DNA of 64,000 nt from an uncultured Bdellovibrionales bacterium. Lineage in GTDB: Bacteria > Bdellovibrionota_C > UBA2361 > SZUA-149 > CAZDWZ01. Location: the NCBI GenBank assembly GCA_964405665.1, contig CAYOOT010000006.1:3350-67349 (forward strand). Direction: 5' to 3'. Shown one piece after another: positions 40,500 through 50,055 of this stretch (positions are counted from its first letter, which is position 1; the number at the start of each line of letters is the position of its first letter). A program made the translations under genes and the position numbers. The notes below the pieces were generated by a model. That model searched no databases, was not told the DNA's origin, and was given only the letters and a program-made list of their open reading frames with translations.

Positions 40500-41539
40500 C
40501 GGTAAAATTTTGTATTACTATAGTCATGACATTGGTAACAAGTAGGAAACCAACGCATACTACCTTTGTTGATCAGGATTGTAGAAACATTTCTTATTTC
40601 ATTGGGAAATTTATTACGAAGCTCTTCAATAAATTTGTTGTAAGTAAAATAGGTAGGAGTTTGTAATTCTATTTCATTTCTACATTCTCCAATTTGCTGA
40701 ATGTATTCTGTGACATCAGGGTGCTTGTTGCAAAATGAAAATAATTCTTTTTCTTTTTTGACATCAAAACTATTGAGGTACAACTGACATTTAAAGAAAG
40801 TTCGATTAATTTTTTCTAAATCTATTTCAGTTCTGTATCCGACAATTATTTTTTCTGACTCCAGCTTTTCTAAACGATAATTGATTAAGGCTGGACTACT
40901 AGCACATACTTTTGCTAAATCACTAAGACTGATTCGAGCGTTTTGTGAAAGCTCTAAAAGAATATTAAAATCTGTTTGATCCAAAATAGATTTCTGAGGA
41001 ATTTCTCCGACATGTAAATAATGAGTTCCAGCAGAATGAAAATACTTTTTTCTAAAAATCCAAAAATTAACAACAGTTAAAACACTAGTGTTAATGATAA
41101 TATCAGATACCGGACCAAGGATTCTCCCCTGCTCTTCGTAAAACTCAACAGGTGATTCTGCCGCAATGGAAACAATTAAATCCCAAGCTCCGTCACATTC
41201 CACCACCCAAAATACCTTTTTTTCCTTAGCAAGTGTTGCAATAAATTTTCTTCTTCTACTTTCTTCCCCGCCAAAGCGAATATAAGTTTTATAAAGTGTG
41301 AGTCCCAATTTAGAAAGATTGACAATTGTTTTATAACCGGAAATCACCCCCAATTCTTCTAAACGTTTAATCCGATATTCTACTCGATCTCTTCCTTGTT
41401 TAAGAGTCCTGGCTAATTCTGAAAAGGAAGCACGAGCATTGTGATCTAAGGAGTAAAGAATTTTCTGATCGAGATTATCCAGGTTAATATCATTTTCGGA
41501 ATTTTTCTGCATATTTTGCCAAAAAAGTAAGAAATACAC
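40496..41539 (-). CDS. tandem Lrp/AsnC-family protein (two HTH_AsnC + RAM-like units in one polypeptide)
   Basis: Two AsnC-type HTH segments are recognisable: DQKILYSLDHNARASFSELARTLKQGRDRVEYRIKRLEELGVISGY and LDQTDFNILLELSQNARISLSDLAKVCASSPALINYRLEKLESEKIIVGY. Each is followed by a RAM-like segment. Confidence 0.55.
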   Translation of the reverse strand: MYFLLFWQNMQKNSENDINLDNLDQKILYSLDHNARASFSELARTLKQGRDRVEYRIKRLEELGVISGYKTIVNLSKLGLTLYKTYIRFGGEESRRRKFIATLAKEKKVFWVVECDGAWDLIVSIAAESPVEFYEEQGRILGPVSDIIINTSVLTVVNFWIFRKKYFHSAGTHYLHVGEIPQKSILDQTDFNILLELSQNARISLSDLAKVCASSPALINYRLEKLESEKIIVGYRTEIDLEKINRTFFKCQLYLNSFDVKKEKELFSFCNKHPDVTEYIQQIGECRNEIELQTPTYFTYNKFIEELRNKFPNEIRNVSTILINKGSMRWFPTCYQCHDYSNTKFYR

Positions 41540-41628
41540 TTTTAATTTATCTTATATAGGCAAAATATCAAGTGTTATTTACAATATATTAAATTAGCTT
41601 CAATCTCTTCTTTTATTGAGGAAAGACT

Positions 41629-42498
41629 TTGAAAACTAATTTTGCTTATCCGGCGGCTTTTATTTGTTACATTCTTTGGGGAATCTCCCCTGTTTACTGG
41701 AAACAACTTCAAGAGATTAATCCTCTGGAAGTTCTTTGTTATCGAATTATTTATTCCTTTGTCTTCTTATTTCTTTATTTATTATTTTTTAAACGAAAGA
41801 GAATATTAAACTTTAGCCTATTGGAACTTAAGTCCTCTTTTTTGCCTGCCCTGGCAGTTTCTCTTAATTGGGGTATTTATATTTGGGGTATTAACAATGG
41901 TCATTTAGTGGCTTCCAGTATTGGTTATTTTATTTCTCCGATTATCGGCATCTTAATTGCGGCTAGCTACTTCCAAGAAAAGTTATTTTTTACCGATAAA
42001 ATTGCTCTTTGCTTTGTAATATCGGCGGCAGCAATTCTTTCTCTATCTTATCTTAATGATATCTCCTTGGCATTAGGGCTTGCTATCAGTATTAATATCT
42101 ATGCTGTTTTTAAGAAAAATATCAAACTATGTCCCATTGATAGTATTTTTTTAGAAAGTGAGATTATGCTCATTCCCGCTATAGTTTGTTTGTTGTTTTT
42201 AAAAAATTTTCATTTTTCTGTAAATACAGAACACAGTCAGTTATTTTATATTATCGGATCGGGCCCAGTAACAATGATTCCTCTTTTATTCTTCTCTTAT
42301 GCCGTTAGTAAAATTCCTTTGACCAATATCAGCATGATTCAATTTACAAATCCCAGCATAGTTTTCCTTTTAGGGTATTTTGTTTACGATGAACCAATTC
42401 CCTTGATAAAATTTATTGCCATATTTCTTGTTTGGTTGGGGATTGTTATTTTTGTTCTTGGTAAATCGCTAAAACTGAAAGTTTGCTCAGCAACGTAA
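41629..42498 (+). CDS. EamA/RarD-family (DMT superfamily) permease
   Basis: About 10 TM helices and a RarD-like N-terminus (…ICYILWGISPVYWK…). TTG start with a GAGGAAAG RBS. Confidence 0.7.
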   Translation: MKTNFAYPAAFICYILWGISPVYWKQLQEINPLEVLCYRIIYSFVFLFLYLLFFKRKRILNFSLLELKSSFLPALAVSLNWGIYIWGINNGHLVASSIGYFISPIIGILIAASYFQEKLFFTDKIALCFVISAAAILSLSYLNDISLALGLAISINIYAVFKKNIKLCPIDSIFLESEIMLIPAIVCLLFLKNFHFSVNTEHSQLFYIIGSGPVTMIPLLFFSYAVSKIPLTNISMIQFTNPSIVFLLGYFVYDEPIPLIKFIAIFLVWLGIVIFVLGKSLKLKVCSAT

Positions 42499-42556
42499 TC
42501 TGTGCTTAAAATAATGCCGCACACATAAACTTAGCAATTAAAACCGAGAATTTTTC

Positions 42557-43552
42557 ATGACTAAAATTACTGTCTTAGGTTCTGGGAGTTGGGGAACTGC
42601 TCTTTGTAATCATTTAGCGAAAAAATCCTATCCGCTTACTCTCTGGGGAAGAGACGAAAAAGTTTTAAATGAAATAGTGAATCAGCGCAAAAATTCAAAA
42701 TATTTCCCCGAAATTACATTGGTTGCGGGGATTAATGTAAGTACCAATTTAGAAATTGCGGTGAAAGATGCCGATCTAATAGTCTTTGTTTTACCTTCTT
42801 TTGCAGTGAGAGAAGTTAGCGCTAAAATAAAAGGAAAAATTAAAAAAGGTGCATTAATTGTCAATACAGCAAAAGGTTTAGAAAAAACATCTCTTAAAAC
42901 ATTGTCTAAGGTTTTAAAAGAAGAATTAGGTAGTGATCAGAAAATTTCTGTTTTATCAGGACCAAGCTTTGCTCAAGAAGTTTTATTGGGGTTGCCTACC
43001 GCGGTGACTGTAGCTGCCAGTGATATTGAAATAGCTAAGCAAGTAGCTAGCATTTTTCATTCAGAAAGTTTTAGAGTGTATTCTTCCAAAGATATAACCG
43101 GCGTTGAGTTTAGTGGAGTGATAAAAAATGTTTTGGCCATTGCCTCAGGAGTGATTGAGGGCATGGGGATGGGAACAAATTCCCGAGCAGCCTTAATTAC
43201 CAGGGGGCTGGTGGAGATGAGGAGATTGGTTGTGGCACTGGGTGGTGAGCAAGAAACTGTAATTGGCTTAAGTGGGTTAGGAGATTTGTTACTGACAGCC
43301 ACAGGAGAATTAAGCAGAAATTATCAAGTGGGATTGAGATTAGGTCGTGGTGAAAAATTAGAGGATATTCTGAAAAATATTGGACAAGTTGCCGAAGGGG
43401 TTTTTGTTGCCCCAATTATTAAAGAATTGGCAGCTAAGAATAAAGTGGAAATGCCGATTGTCGAACAAGTTTGCGCGATTCTTGATGGAACATCTTCTGT
43501 CAAAGATGCGGTGAAGAATCTTCTTAATCGTAGTCCCAAAATAGAGATGTAA
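42557..43552 (+). CDS. gpsA: NAD(P)H-dependent glycerol-3-phosphate dehydrogenase
   Basis: N-terminal ITVLGSGSWGTALC Rossmann motif and GpsA catalytic-region conservation; 331 aa. Confidence 0.9.
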   Translation: MTKITVLGSGSWGTALCNHLAKKSYPLTLWGRDEKVLNEIVNQRKNSKYFPEITLVAGINVSTNLEIAVKDADLIVFVLPSFAVREVSAKIKGKIKKGALIVNTAKGLEKTSLKTLSKVLKEELGSDQKISVLSGPSFAQEVLLGLPTAVTVAASDIEIAKQVASIFHSESFRVYSSKDITGVEFSGVIKNVLAIASGVIEGMGMGTNSRAALITRGLVEMRRLVVALGGEQETVIGLSGLGDLLLTATGELSRNYQVGLRLGRGEKLEDILKNIGQVAEGVFVAPIIKELAAKNKVEMPIVEQVCAILDGTSSVKDAVKNLLNRSPKIEM

Positions 43553-43555
43553 GGC

Positions 43556-43628
43556 TTGTATGGGGGCAGGTTTTATACCTGCCCGTTTTATCTAGATATT
43601 ACGGGCACCCATAAAGGGTGCCCCTACA
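43556..43628. repeat. GC-rich compound palindromic repeat (variant gtatgggggcagg hairpin plus canonical gggcaccc-ataaa-gggtgcccctac hairpin)
   Basis: Lies between convergent gpsA and the DUF1003 gene. Same architecture as the copies at 8943 and 14083. Confidence 0.7.
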
Positions 43629-43654
43629 TTTGAAAAATTTTATGTAGATTAGAA

Positions 43655-44359
43655 TTAAGATTTTTTGTTTGCCAGTTCTTGCATTAACTGAGTTTGAATT
43701 TCCTGAATTTCTAACAATCTTTGCCATTGGTGAGTCATCAACTGATCCATCTTCAGATTTAAATGCCTGATTTCTAATTCAGCTTTGAGATTAACTTTAT
43801 AATCATGTTCCGAACGCAATCGATCTTTTGCTTCTTGGCGATTTTGACTCATCATAATTACCGGAGCTTGCAAAGCGGCAAGGCAGGAGAGAATAAGATT
43901 AAGTAATATAAAAGGATAAGGATCAAAATTTTTATCTCCAATAAGAACATTATAAAGAATCCAGACTGCGAGAAGCGTAAAGAAGCTCAAGATAAAGCTC
44001 CAACTTCCCCCGAATTCAGCAATTTTATCAGCTAGTCTTTGTCCGAAAGTTGTTTGTTCACTAAATTCTGAATTTAAATTTTGGGAAATAAGCTCTTGTT
44101 CTTTCAGGCTATTGATTACTTGAACTTCTAGATCTGTAAGCTCACCTTTTTCTTCTTCAATTGTTTGTTTGATGTACTCACCGCGAAAGTGATTTAAGCA
44201 TTTAAAACACAGTGGATTATTCTGATCCCAATTGGGATGTTCTTTTTTAATTAAATTATTAATTGCCTCACTATGCATAGTTCCACGAGAAGCCTCTTTG
44301 TAATGCATTTCTTTGTTGCAGATAGAACAGGAAATATTAGGAATATTATTTTTTGTCAT
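43655..44359 (-). CDS. DUF1003-family membrane protein with N-terminal CxxC zinc-ribbon-like segment
   Basis: PYPFILLNLILSCLAALQAPVIMMSQNRQ is the DUF1003 signature. N-terminal CSICNKEMHY…CFKCLNHF. Confidence 0.65.
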   Translation of the reverse strand: MTKNNIPNISCSICNKEMHYKEASRGTMHSEAINNLIKKEHPNWDQNNPLCFKCLNHFRGEYIKQTIEEEKGELTDLEVQVINSLKEQELISQNLNSEFSEQTTFGQRLADKIAEFGGSWSFILSFFTLLAVWILYNVLIGDKNFDPYPFILLNLILSCLAALQAPVIMMSQNRQEAKDRLRSEHDYKVNLKAELEIRHLNLKMDQLMTHQWQRLLEIQEIQTQLMQELANKKS

Positions 44360-46956
44360 TTGCTGATTACTCCTTTAAGGCTACCGGAAATTAAACTGGC
44401 AATGTTGGTAATAACCTGTGGTAAGGCCAAAGTGCTGGGAGATGCTAAATATTTTGGTTCCCAAATAGGATGAAATTTTTCTTTGAAGTGCCTTAAACCT
44501 TCAAAGTTATAAAAATTATTTCCTTGAGAATATAAGTATGTGCAGAGCTTGTTCCAAACCGGAGCGGTTCTTCGTGACTCAAATCCCGATAGCGGGGCCA
44601 TCCCTAAATTAAAACGATGATAGCCTTCCTTTTTCCCCCAGAGCATTAAATTTAAAAAAAGATATTCCATTAATCCATTGGGAGGATTTTTAACATAACG
44701 CATTAAATCAACCGAAAGCTCTTCTTTAATATCAGACGTCCAGACATTGGAAAAAGCCATTATTTCATTATTTTTCCTTACTGTAGCAAGAGGAAAAAAG
44801 GATAAATAGTTTTCATCAAAATACCCTACAGAAAACCCTTTTTCTTTTGATTTTTTCGTTTCTAACCATTGGTTGGAAACTTCTTTTAGTCTGGGTAAAT
44901 ATTGAGGTAATGCTGAGGCCGGTTCAATAGAAAAAGTATAACCATCTTTTTCAAATCTATTTAATACTTGTCTAAATCCTTTTCCCTGTGCCCCGTCAAT
45001 AGTGAAGGTATGAAGTAAAACAATGGCTTGTTCTCCTAATTTATGAAATCTTAATCCAATATCAAGATAGATAGGAAAATATTTCGTTGAAATTTCATAG
45101 AAAGCGCAAAAGCCACTGTAGGTGTCGCAAAGTTCTCTAAATTGCCAAACTAATTCTTCCACATCTTCTTCTCGACCTACGGGATCTCCCATCGAGACCC
45201 AGCTATTGCCTGTGATCCGATACATAATAAAAGAAAGGCTATTTTCCAATTGAAAGAATAATTTATCGCCTACTAAAGCCAAATTGGATTCACTGGATAA
45301 GGAATTACGCACTACGGGTAATATTTTTTCTAAGTCATTTTTTGAAGGGAGTTTGCCAGCAAATCTTTTTGTCCGAAGTAAAAATACTCTTAATGCCAGA
45401 ATTAGAATAATTAAAGAGGCAATGACGGAACTTCTTAAAAATCTGGGTGCATCAGACTCAAAGGCAAACTCCCACCAGAGTTTATGAGCATAGTCGATAT
45501 GTTTGTAGGAAAATAAACCTAGCCAAATACTAATTCCGATAACAATCGCAATGGAAATAAAATGCGTCAGACTTAAAGATGAAAATAAAGATCCTTTTCG
45601 ATAAAAGTATTGTTTGCTTACAAGCACAGCCACAAAAATTATACTTAAAAAAATCGCTTCTTCATAATCAAAACCTTTGGCTAAAGAAGTAAAAATACCA
45701 ATTCCTAAAAGCACGCAACTGATTCGATAAGCACTATCTAATCTTCTGCGGATTGCCCCGGACATGATTAATAGAAAAACTCCGGTAACACTGTTGGCAA
45801 AGTGAGAACTTTCCAAGATGGAAAGAGGAATAATATCGGCAATCCATTGCAGTCGATATTGTAATGTGGGTGTTGCCCCGGAAAAAAGCAGCACAATACC
45901 TGCTAAAAATACTGCAAAAGAAAGACAGGGAGGAACAACTGTAGCAACAATATTTTTTGTTGAAAGTAAAACTTGCTCAAACTTTAAGGAATCAATTATT
46001 CTTTTCCTAATTTCATAAGCTGTATAGAGAATCAAAGCAAGAATGAAAGGGATAAAATAATAGATAAATCTAAATACTATTAGGGAAGCAAGAATTCCGG
46101 AACGACTTTCTCCTTGACCAAGAATTTTAAGAATAATAGTTTCAAATACGCCCAGTCCGCCTGGAATATGCGTAATGACGGCGATAATTTGGCCGATTAA
46201 AAAACTGGAAAGTGAATGGAAAAAACTGATGTTTTGTATTGTTGGTAAAAGATAATATAAAGTTGTAGCTGCCAATAGCCAATCTAAACTGGCGGCAGAT
46301 AGTGCAAATACTGCCAAAGAAAAGTTAGGTAAAATCTTAAGAAGAGGAAACCTTTTAGAGAGAATTTTTTTATTTGCCGATAAAAACAAATAAGTAATTA
46401 TCGGAAAAAGTAGAATTACTGCGAGCAAGAAAGCAAAATTGTTGGAAACACCTAAGGCAATGGACAAATCTGAGGGATAATATAAAGCGGTTAGTCCCGC
46501 CAGCAAGAATAATCCGGACCAAAAATGCGTTCCCGAAAATAAAATGACTTTAGCAATCTCTGTTGCTGAAATGCCCCAGATTGAATAGAAACGGTAGCGC
46601 ACGGCACCACCACTTAATAGTGCAAAGCCGATTGTTTGACTAAAGGCATAACTGATTAAGGAGGTGAAGGCCACCTTGTGATAAGAAATAGTTTTCTTTA
46701 AATAAACAAAAGCCAAAGTGTCATAGAGAGTTAGAATAAAATAATTAAGACCACAGAAGAAAACACTTAAAACAATTTTTCTATTTTCAATTTGACTTAC
46801 TTTAGAAATAATCTCTTGATAACTATATTCATTTAAAAGTTCATATAAAACAAAAATTGCGATGCTTAAGAGAAACGGTGGAATTATTTTCCCGATAATT
46901 TCTACAAAGGCAGGAGGAATTTCAAAAGCAAATTTTTTACTTTTAGTTTCTTTCAT
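44356..46956 (-). CDS. mprF: MprF-like bifunctional aminoacyl-phosphatidylglycerol synthase/flippase
   Basis: 866 aa with an N-terminal ~14-TM flippase-like domain. The C-terminal cytoplasmic DUF2156/aminoacyl-PG synthase domain carries …GYFDENYLSFFPLATVRKNNEIMAFSNVW…FNLGMAPLSGF…. Confidence 0.75.
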   Translation of the reverse strand: MKETKSKKFAFEIPPAFVEIIGKIIPPFLLSIAIFVLYELLNEYSYQEIISKVSQIENRKIVLSVFFCGLNYFILTLYDTLAFVYLKKTISYHKVAFTSLISYAFSQTIGFALLSGGAVRYRFYSIWGISATEIAKVILFSGTHFWSGLFLLAGLTALYYPSDLSIALGVSNNFAFLLAVILLFPIITYLFLSANKKILSKRFPLLKILPNFSLAVFALSAASLDWLLAATTLYYLLPTIQNISFFHSLSSFLIGQIIAVITHIPGGLGVFETIILKILGQGESRSGILASLIVFRFIYYFIPFILALILYTAYEIRKRIIDSLKFEQVLLSTKNIVATVVPPCLSFAVFLAGIVLLFSGATPTLQYRLQWIADIIPLSILESSHFANSVTGVFLLIMSGAIRRRLDSAYRISCVLLGIGIFTSLAKGFDYEEAIFLSIIFVAVLVSKQYFYRKGSLFSSLSLTHFISIAIVIGISIWLGLFSYKHIDYAHKLWWEFAFESDAPRFLRSSVIASLIILILALRVFLLRTKRFAGKLPSKNDLEKILPVVRNSLSSESNLALVGDKLFFQLENSLSFIMYRITGNSWVSMGDPVGREEDVEELVWQFRELCDTYSGFCAFYEISTKYFPIYLDIGLRFHKLGEQAIVLLHTFTIDGAQGKGFRQVLNRFEKDGYTFSIEPASALPQYLPRLKEVSNQWLETKKSKEKGFSVGYFDENYLSFFPLATVRKNNEIMAFSNVWTSDIKEELSVDLMRYVKNPPNGLMEYLFLNLMLWGKKEGYHRFNLGMAPLSGFESRRTAPVWNKLCTYLYSQGNNFYNFEGLRHFKEKFHPIWEPKYLASPSTLALPQVITNIASLISGSLKGVISK

Positions 46957-46976
46957 TTAAAAACAATGGAAATTTC

Positions 46977-48407
46977 TTACTTTTTTGAAGGAAGCAACTT
47001 CAGTATTGTCTGGGCAAGGGTTTCGTAATCTCCATCAAAATGATGAGATCCCCCCAGCTCTTTTACTATTATATCGCTATTCTTTAGTTTACTGCAAAGC
47101 GAATCTTCCTCTTCGTCGCTGCCATAAAGGCAAATAATCGATTGCCGATTTAATTTACTTATTTCCGGTAAAATTTCCTGTTCATCTTCTGGGGTCTCGA
47201 TATCCAGCCAGTCCGTAAAATGTATTTCAAACTCTGCCGTCAAACCGGGATTAAGTAAGATAGTGCTTAGAACCTTACTTTTAATTTTATTTTCCATTTT
47301 ATTTAAAGCAAAGGGTAAAACTTCAGCTCCCAAAGAATAGCCAATTAATAAGACTTTTTCCGATCCCCATTTCTTTTGGTAATTTAAGATTATATTTTCT
47401 AAATCCTGGGCTAAGGTTTCCGCATTTTTTTCTTTCCAAAAATATTTTAAGGCATCAAAACCGACGACATTGATTTGGTTTTCTTGGAAATAATCTCCAA
47501 GAGCTTTATCAATTGTTGCCCAACCACCATCTCCGGAGAGTAAGATAATAAAATAATCTTTAATAGCGTTTTCACTGGGAAGTTCGATTAAAGGAAGCTC
47601 AGAGATTTTTTCTGTCTGAATAACAGGACTTTGAGGTTTCTGTTCTTCACTTAATTTTATAAATTTATCAAAAAGCTCACAAGAATGTTCAGTACAAGAA
47701 AAAACTTCCCGCTTTGCTTGATAATTTTCAGCTAAAGCCTGAGGAAAACCTAGAGCAGACTTATTCTGGCAAGTATTTTTAAGCGCTAAATTAAAATACC
47801 AAGGAATATTAATCGATTTAGTCATTTCCAGATTAATGCTTTTTCTCTTTTTAGTTAAACTTGATTTGGGTTCAGAATCGGGGCAAAGTTTTTTTGTAAA
47901 AGGCAATTCTGGGCAGAAATTATAGGAAACACCTCCGAGAAAGCTTTTTGAAGATTGGGCAAGAATAGTATAGACCAGTGCACTTCCTACTCCATCACCG
48001 ATTAATAAAGGTTTGCTAACCTCATCTAATTTTGCCATTTTTTGAATGACTTGGCTTAAGCGCTCAAATTCACCGGCAAGATAAATACAGTCTTCATTAT
48101 CTTTATTAAGTTCTTTTAAATAAGAGGCCACATCAATTTTAACTAAAAGGATAGATTTTTTTTGAAGTTCAGAAATTTCCAAAGGAATGTTTTCTGAGAC
48201 ATTATTCCCTGCAAGGTAAAATACTACCAGCCTGGGCTGTTCTTTTGTTTTGAAATAACTGATTTTACCAAAGCGTGTAGTTGCTAAGACTTCTTGGGAA
48301 AAACAATCTTGTACAAAGAGGGAAAGCAAAAGAAAAGTTAAAAAAATGAATTTATTAATTAGAGTTAGTGCTCTAGAATTTATTATGACAGACATTCTTG
48401 AAAACAT
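46977..48407 (-). CDS. AcvB/VirJ-like secreted alpha/beta-hydrolase (aminoacyl-PG hydrolase partner of MprF/LpiA)
   Basis: Signal peptide and a C-terminal VirJ-type hydrolase region (…YFIILLSGDGGWATIDK…LLIGYSLGAEVLPF…). Placement immediately upstream of the mprF-like gene mirrors lpiA-acvB operons. Confidence 0.65.
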   Translation of the reverse strand: MFSRMSVIINSRALTLINKFIFLTFLLLSLFVQDCFSQEVLATTRFGKISYFKTKEQPRLVVFYLAGNNVSENIPLEISELQKKSILLVKIDVASYLKELNKDNEDCIYLAGEFERLSQVIQKMAKLDEVSKPLLIGDGVGSALVYTILAQSSKSFLGGVSYNFCPELPFTKKLCPDSEPKSSLTKKRKSINLEMTKSINIPWYFNLALKNTCQNKSALGFPQALAENYQAKREVFSCTEHSCELFDKFIKLSEEQKPQSPVIQTEKISELPLIELPSENAIKDYFIILLSGDGGWATIDKALGDYFQENQINVVGFDALKYFWKEKNAETLAQDLENIILNYQKKWGSEKVLLIGYSLGAEVLPFALNKMENKIKSKVLSTILLNPGLTAEFEIHFTDWLDIETPEDEQEILPEISKLNRQSIICLYGSDEEEDSLCSKLKNSDIIVKELGGSHHFDGDYETLAQTILKLLPSKK

Positions 48408-49981
48408 TTTTCGCAGTAAATTATCTTATTCGAATTTCCTTTAAAGCTGGATTCCAAAGGTGTAGCGCATTTAGAGCAGAAAGTCTTTAGCAGTTTTCTG
48501 GGATTTCTCAGACCCAAGCGCTTAGTATGGCGAATATCGTGATGAAGGTGCGGTAGCGGTAAATTTGATTTCTTTAAAAAATCCAACTCCGATTTTTGGA
48601 TTTTAAAGGACCGACCGGAAGCTTCACAATGAAGTACTTTCGTTAAAATCCCCGGATCGACCTCGCTAATAGTTTCAGGTAAGTTTTGTGTTGCCGAAGA
48701 AGTATTTTCTTTAAAATCTTTCCAGAGCAGTCCAGCGGATAAAGCTTCTTCTTTGGTGAGCGGGAAATATTCCTGGGCCACGGATTCATTATAAGCAAAC
48801 GGAGAGTTTTTAATAGGGAAATATTGCCCCCATTCTTTTGTTTCTTTCATCTGCAAAATAATTTTTTCTCTTAATTTTACAAAATCTTCTTGGGAGTATT
48901 CTTTATTAAGAATACTAAATTTCCCCTGTCTTAAGCCGACACAGCCGAATAAATCGGAAGAATTAAAACAATGCGAGCTATACCAGGTATTATGTGTTTC
49001 GCTGATCTTGGAAGAAAAACCGGAATTTGTATTTTTGTAGCAACCTTCAATTTCAATGCAAAAATCTTGCTCCAAAGTTTCCGTTAAATCCAGAGAATTT
49101 CTTCCGCCCCAGGCATCGCGGCAATGAAAGATGTTTTCGGAGTTCCGGCAATTAAAACTGTTAAAAGCATTTTTATTATTTTCTAAATAATCTCCCGAAA
49201 AATTTTCATTATTGGCGCCATTATAAAATTTAAAAGGATGAGTTAAGGAAAATTCTTCGAATTTCTTTTTAAAAGCTGTTATTTTGGAATATTTTTCCAG
49301 TTCCAAGGAATTTAAGACCTTAAAATATTCTTCTTTGGTGTATTGTTTATTGAAAATACAATAAGTTTTATTGTTTAAATTGACACAAGCTGTGCAATAA
49401 GAGCAACCTATTAAGTTTCTGGAAAAATTACAATTAGTGCAATTGACGAGATTCTCTGAAAAACTGCAAAAGTAGCAATTTTTTCCATTTAAAATTTCAT
49501 AACAAAGCTCTCCCTTTTCCAAATAAGTGCAATCCAGACATTCAGTGCAGGTTTGATACCACATGCCATACATACATTCTCTGGAATTATTACTACAGAA
49601 AACCAGATAGCAATCTTTATTTTTTTCGCACTGATTGGTGTATTCACAGTTTTCGCTTTGCGGACATCTGAGGGCACATTGAGGTACTACTGAGAATAGA
49701 TCTATAAATTGTTCAAAAAATGTTTTATTAAAATCATATGTTCTTCCGTATTTCAGGGCATTCCAATTGTCCGACCACCAATATTGTTGAGAATAAACAG
49801 GGAAACTTGTTCCTGTATCAAAAATTGAAATAATATTTTCTTTTGTAGCATCGCAAGTTCTTTTATAAAGAGTTCTTTCATTTCGCCAGGCCAATCTTTT
49901 TCTGGATCTTTCTTCACTGCTTATTGAAGGAATAGGAATATCTAATTTTAAATATAGTTCTTTTTCCAGATTATTATCCAT
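48383..49981 (-). CDS. Cys-rich family protein, copy D (3' end overlaps the acvB-like start by 25 nt)
   Basis: 532 aa. N-module KELYLKLDIPIPSISSEERSRKRLAWRNERTLYKRTCDATKENIISIF, cores ending …CVNLNNKTYCIFNKQYTKEEY and …CVGLRQGKFSILNKEYSQEDF, C-module LHCEASGRSFKIQKSELDFLKKSNLPLPHLHHDIRHTKRLGLRNPRKL…YCEKCF. Confidence 0.8.
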   Translation of the reverse strand: MDNNLEKELYLKLDIPIPSISSEERSRKRLAWRNERTLYKRTCDATKENIISIFDTGTSFPVYSQQYWWSDNWNALKYGRTYDFNKTFFEQFIDLFSVVPQCALRCPQSENCEYTNQCEKNKDCYLVFCSNNSRECMYGMWYQTCTECLDCTYLEKGELCYEILNGKNCYFCSFSENLVNCTNCNFSRNLIGCSYCTACVNLNNKTYCIFNKQYTKEEYFKVLNSLELEKYSKITAFKKKFEEFSLTHPFKFYNGANNENFSGDYLENNKNAFNSFNCRNSENIFHCRDAWGGRNSLDLTETLEQDFCIEIEGCYKNTNSGFSSKISETHNTWYSSHCFNSSDLFGCVGLRQGKFSILNKEYSQEDFVKLREKIILQMKETKEWGQYFPIKNSPFAYNESVAQEYFPLTKEEALSAGLLWKDFKENTSSATQNLPETISEVDPGILTKVLHCEASGRSFKIQKSELDFLKKSNLPLPHLHHDIRHTKRLGLRNPRKLLKTFCSKCATPLESSFKGNSNKIIYCEKCFQECLS

Positions 49982-50055
49982 GGTTTGTGCAAATTTTATG
50001 CGAAACGAATAAATTTTGTTTGCAGATTATGCTTAAAAGACATGAAAATCAAGCA

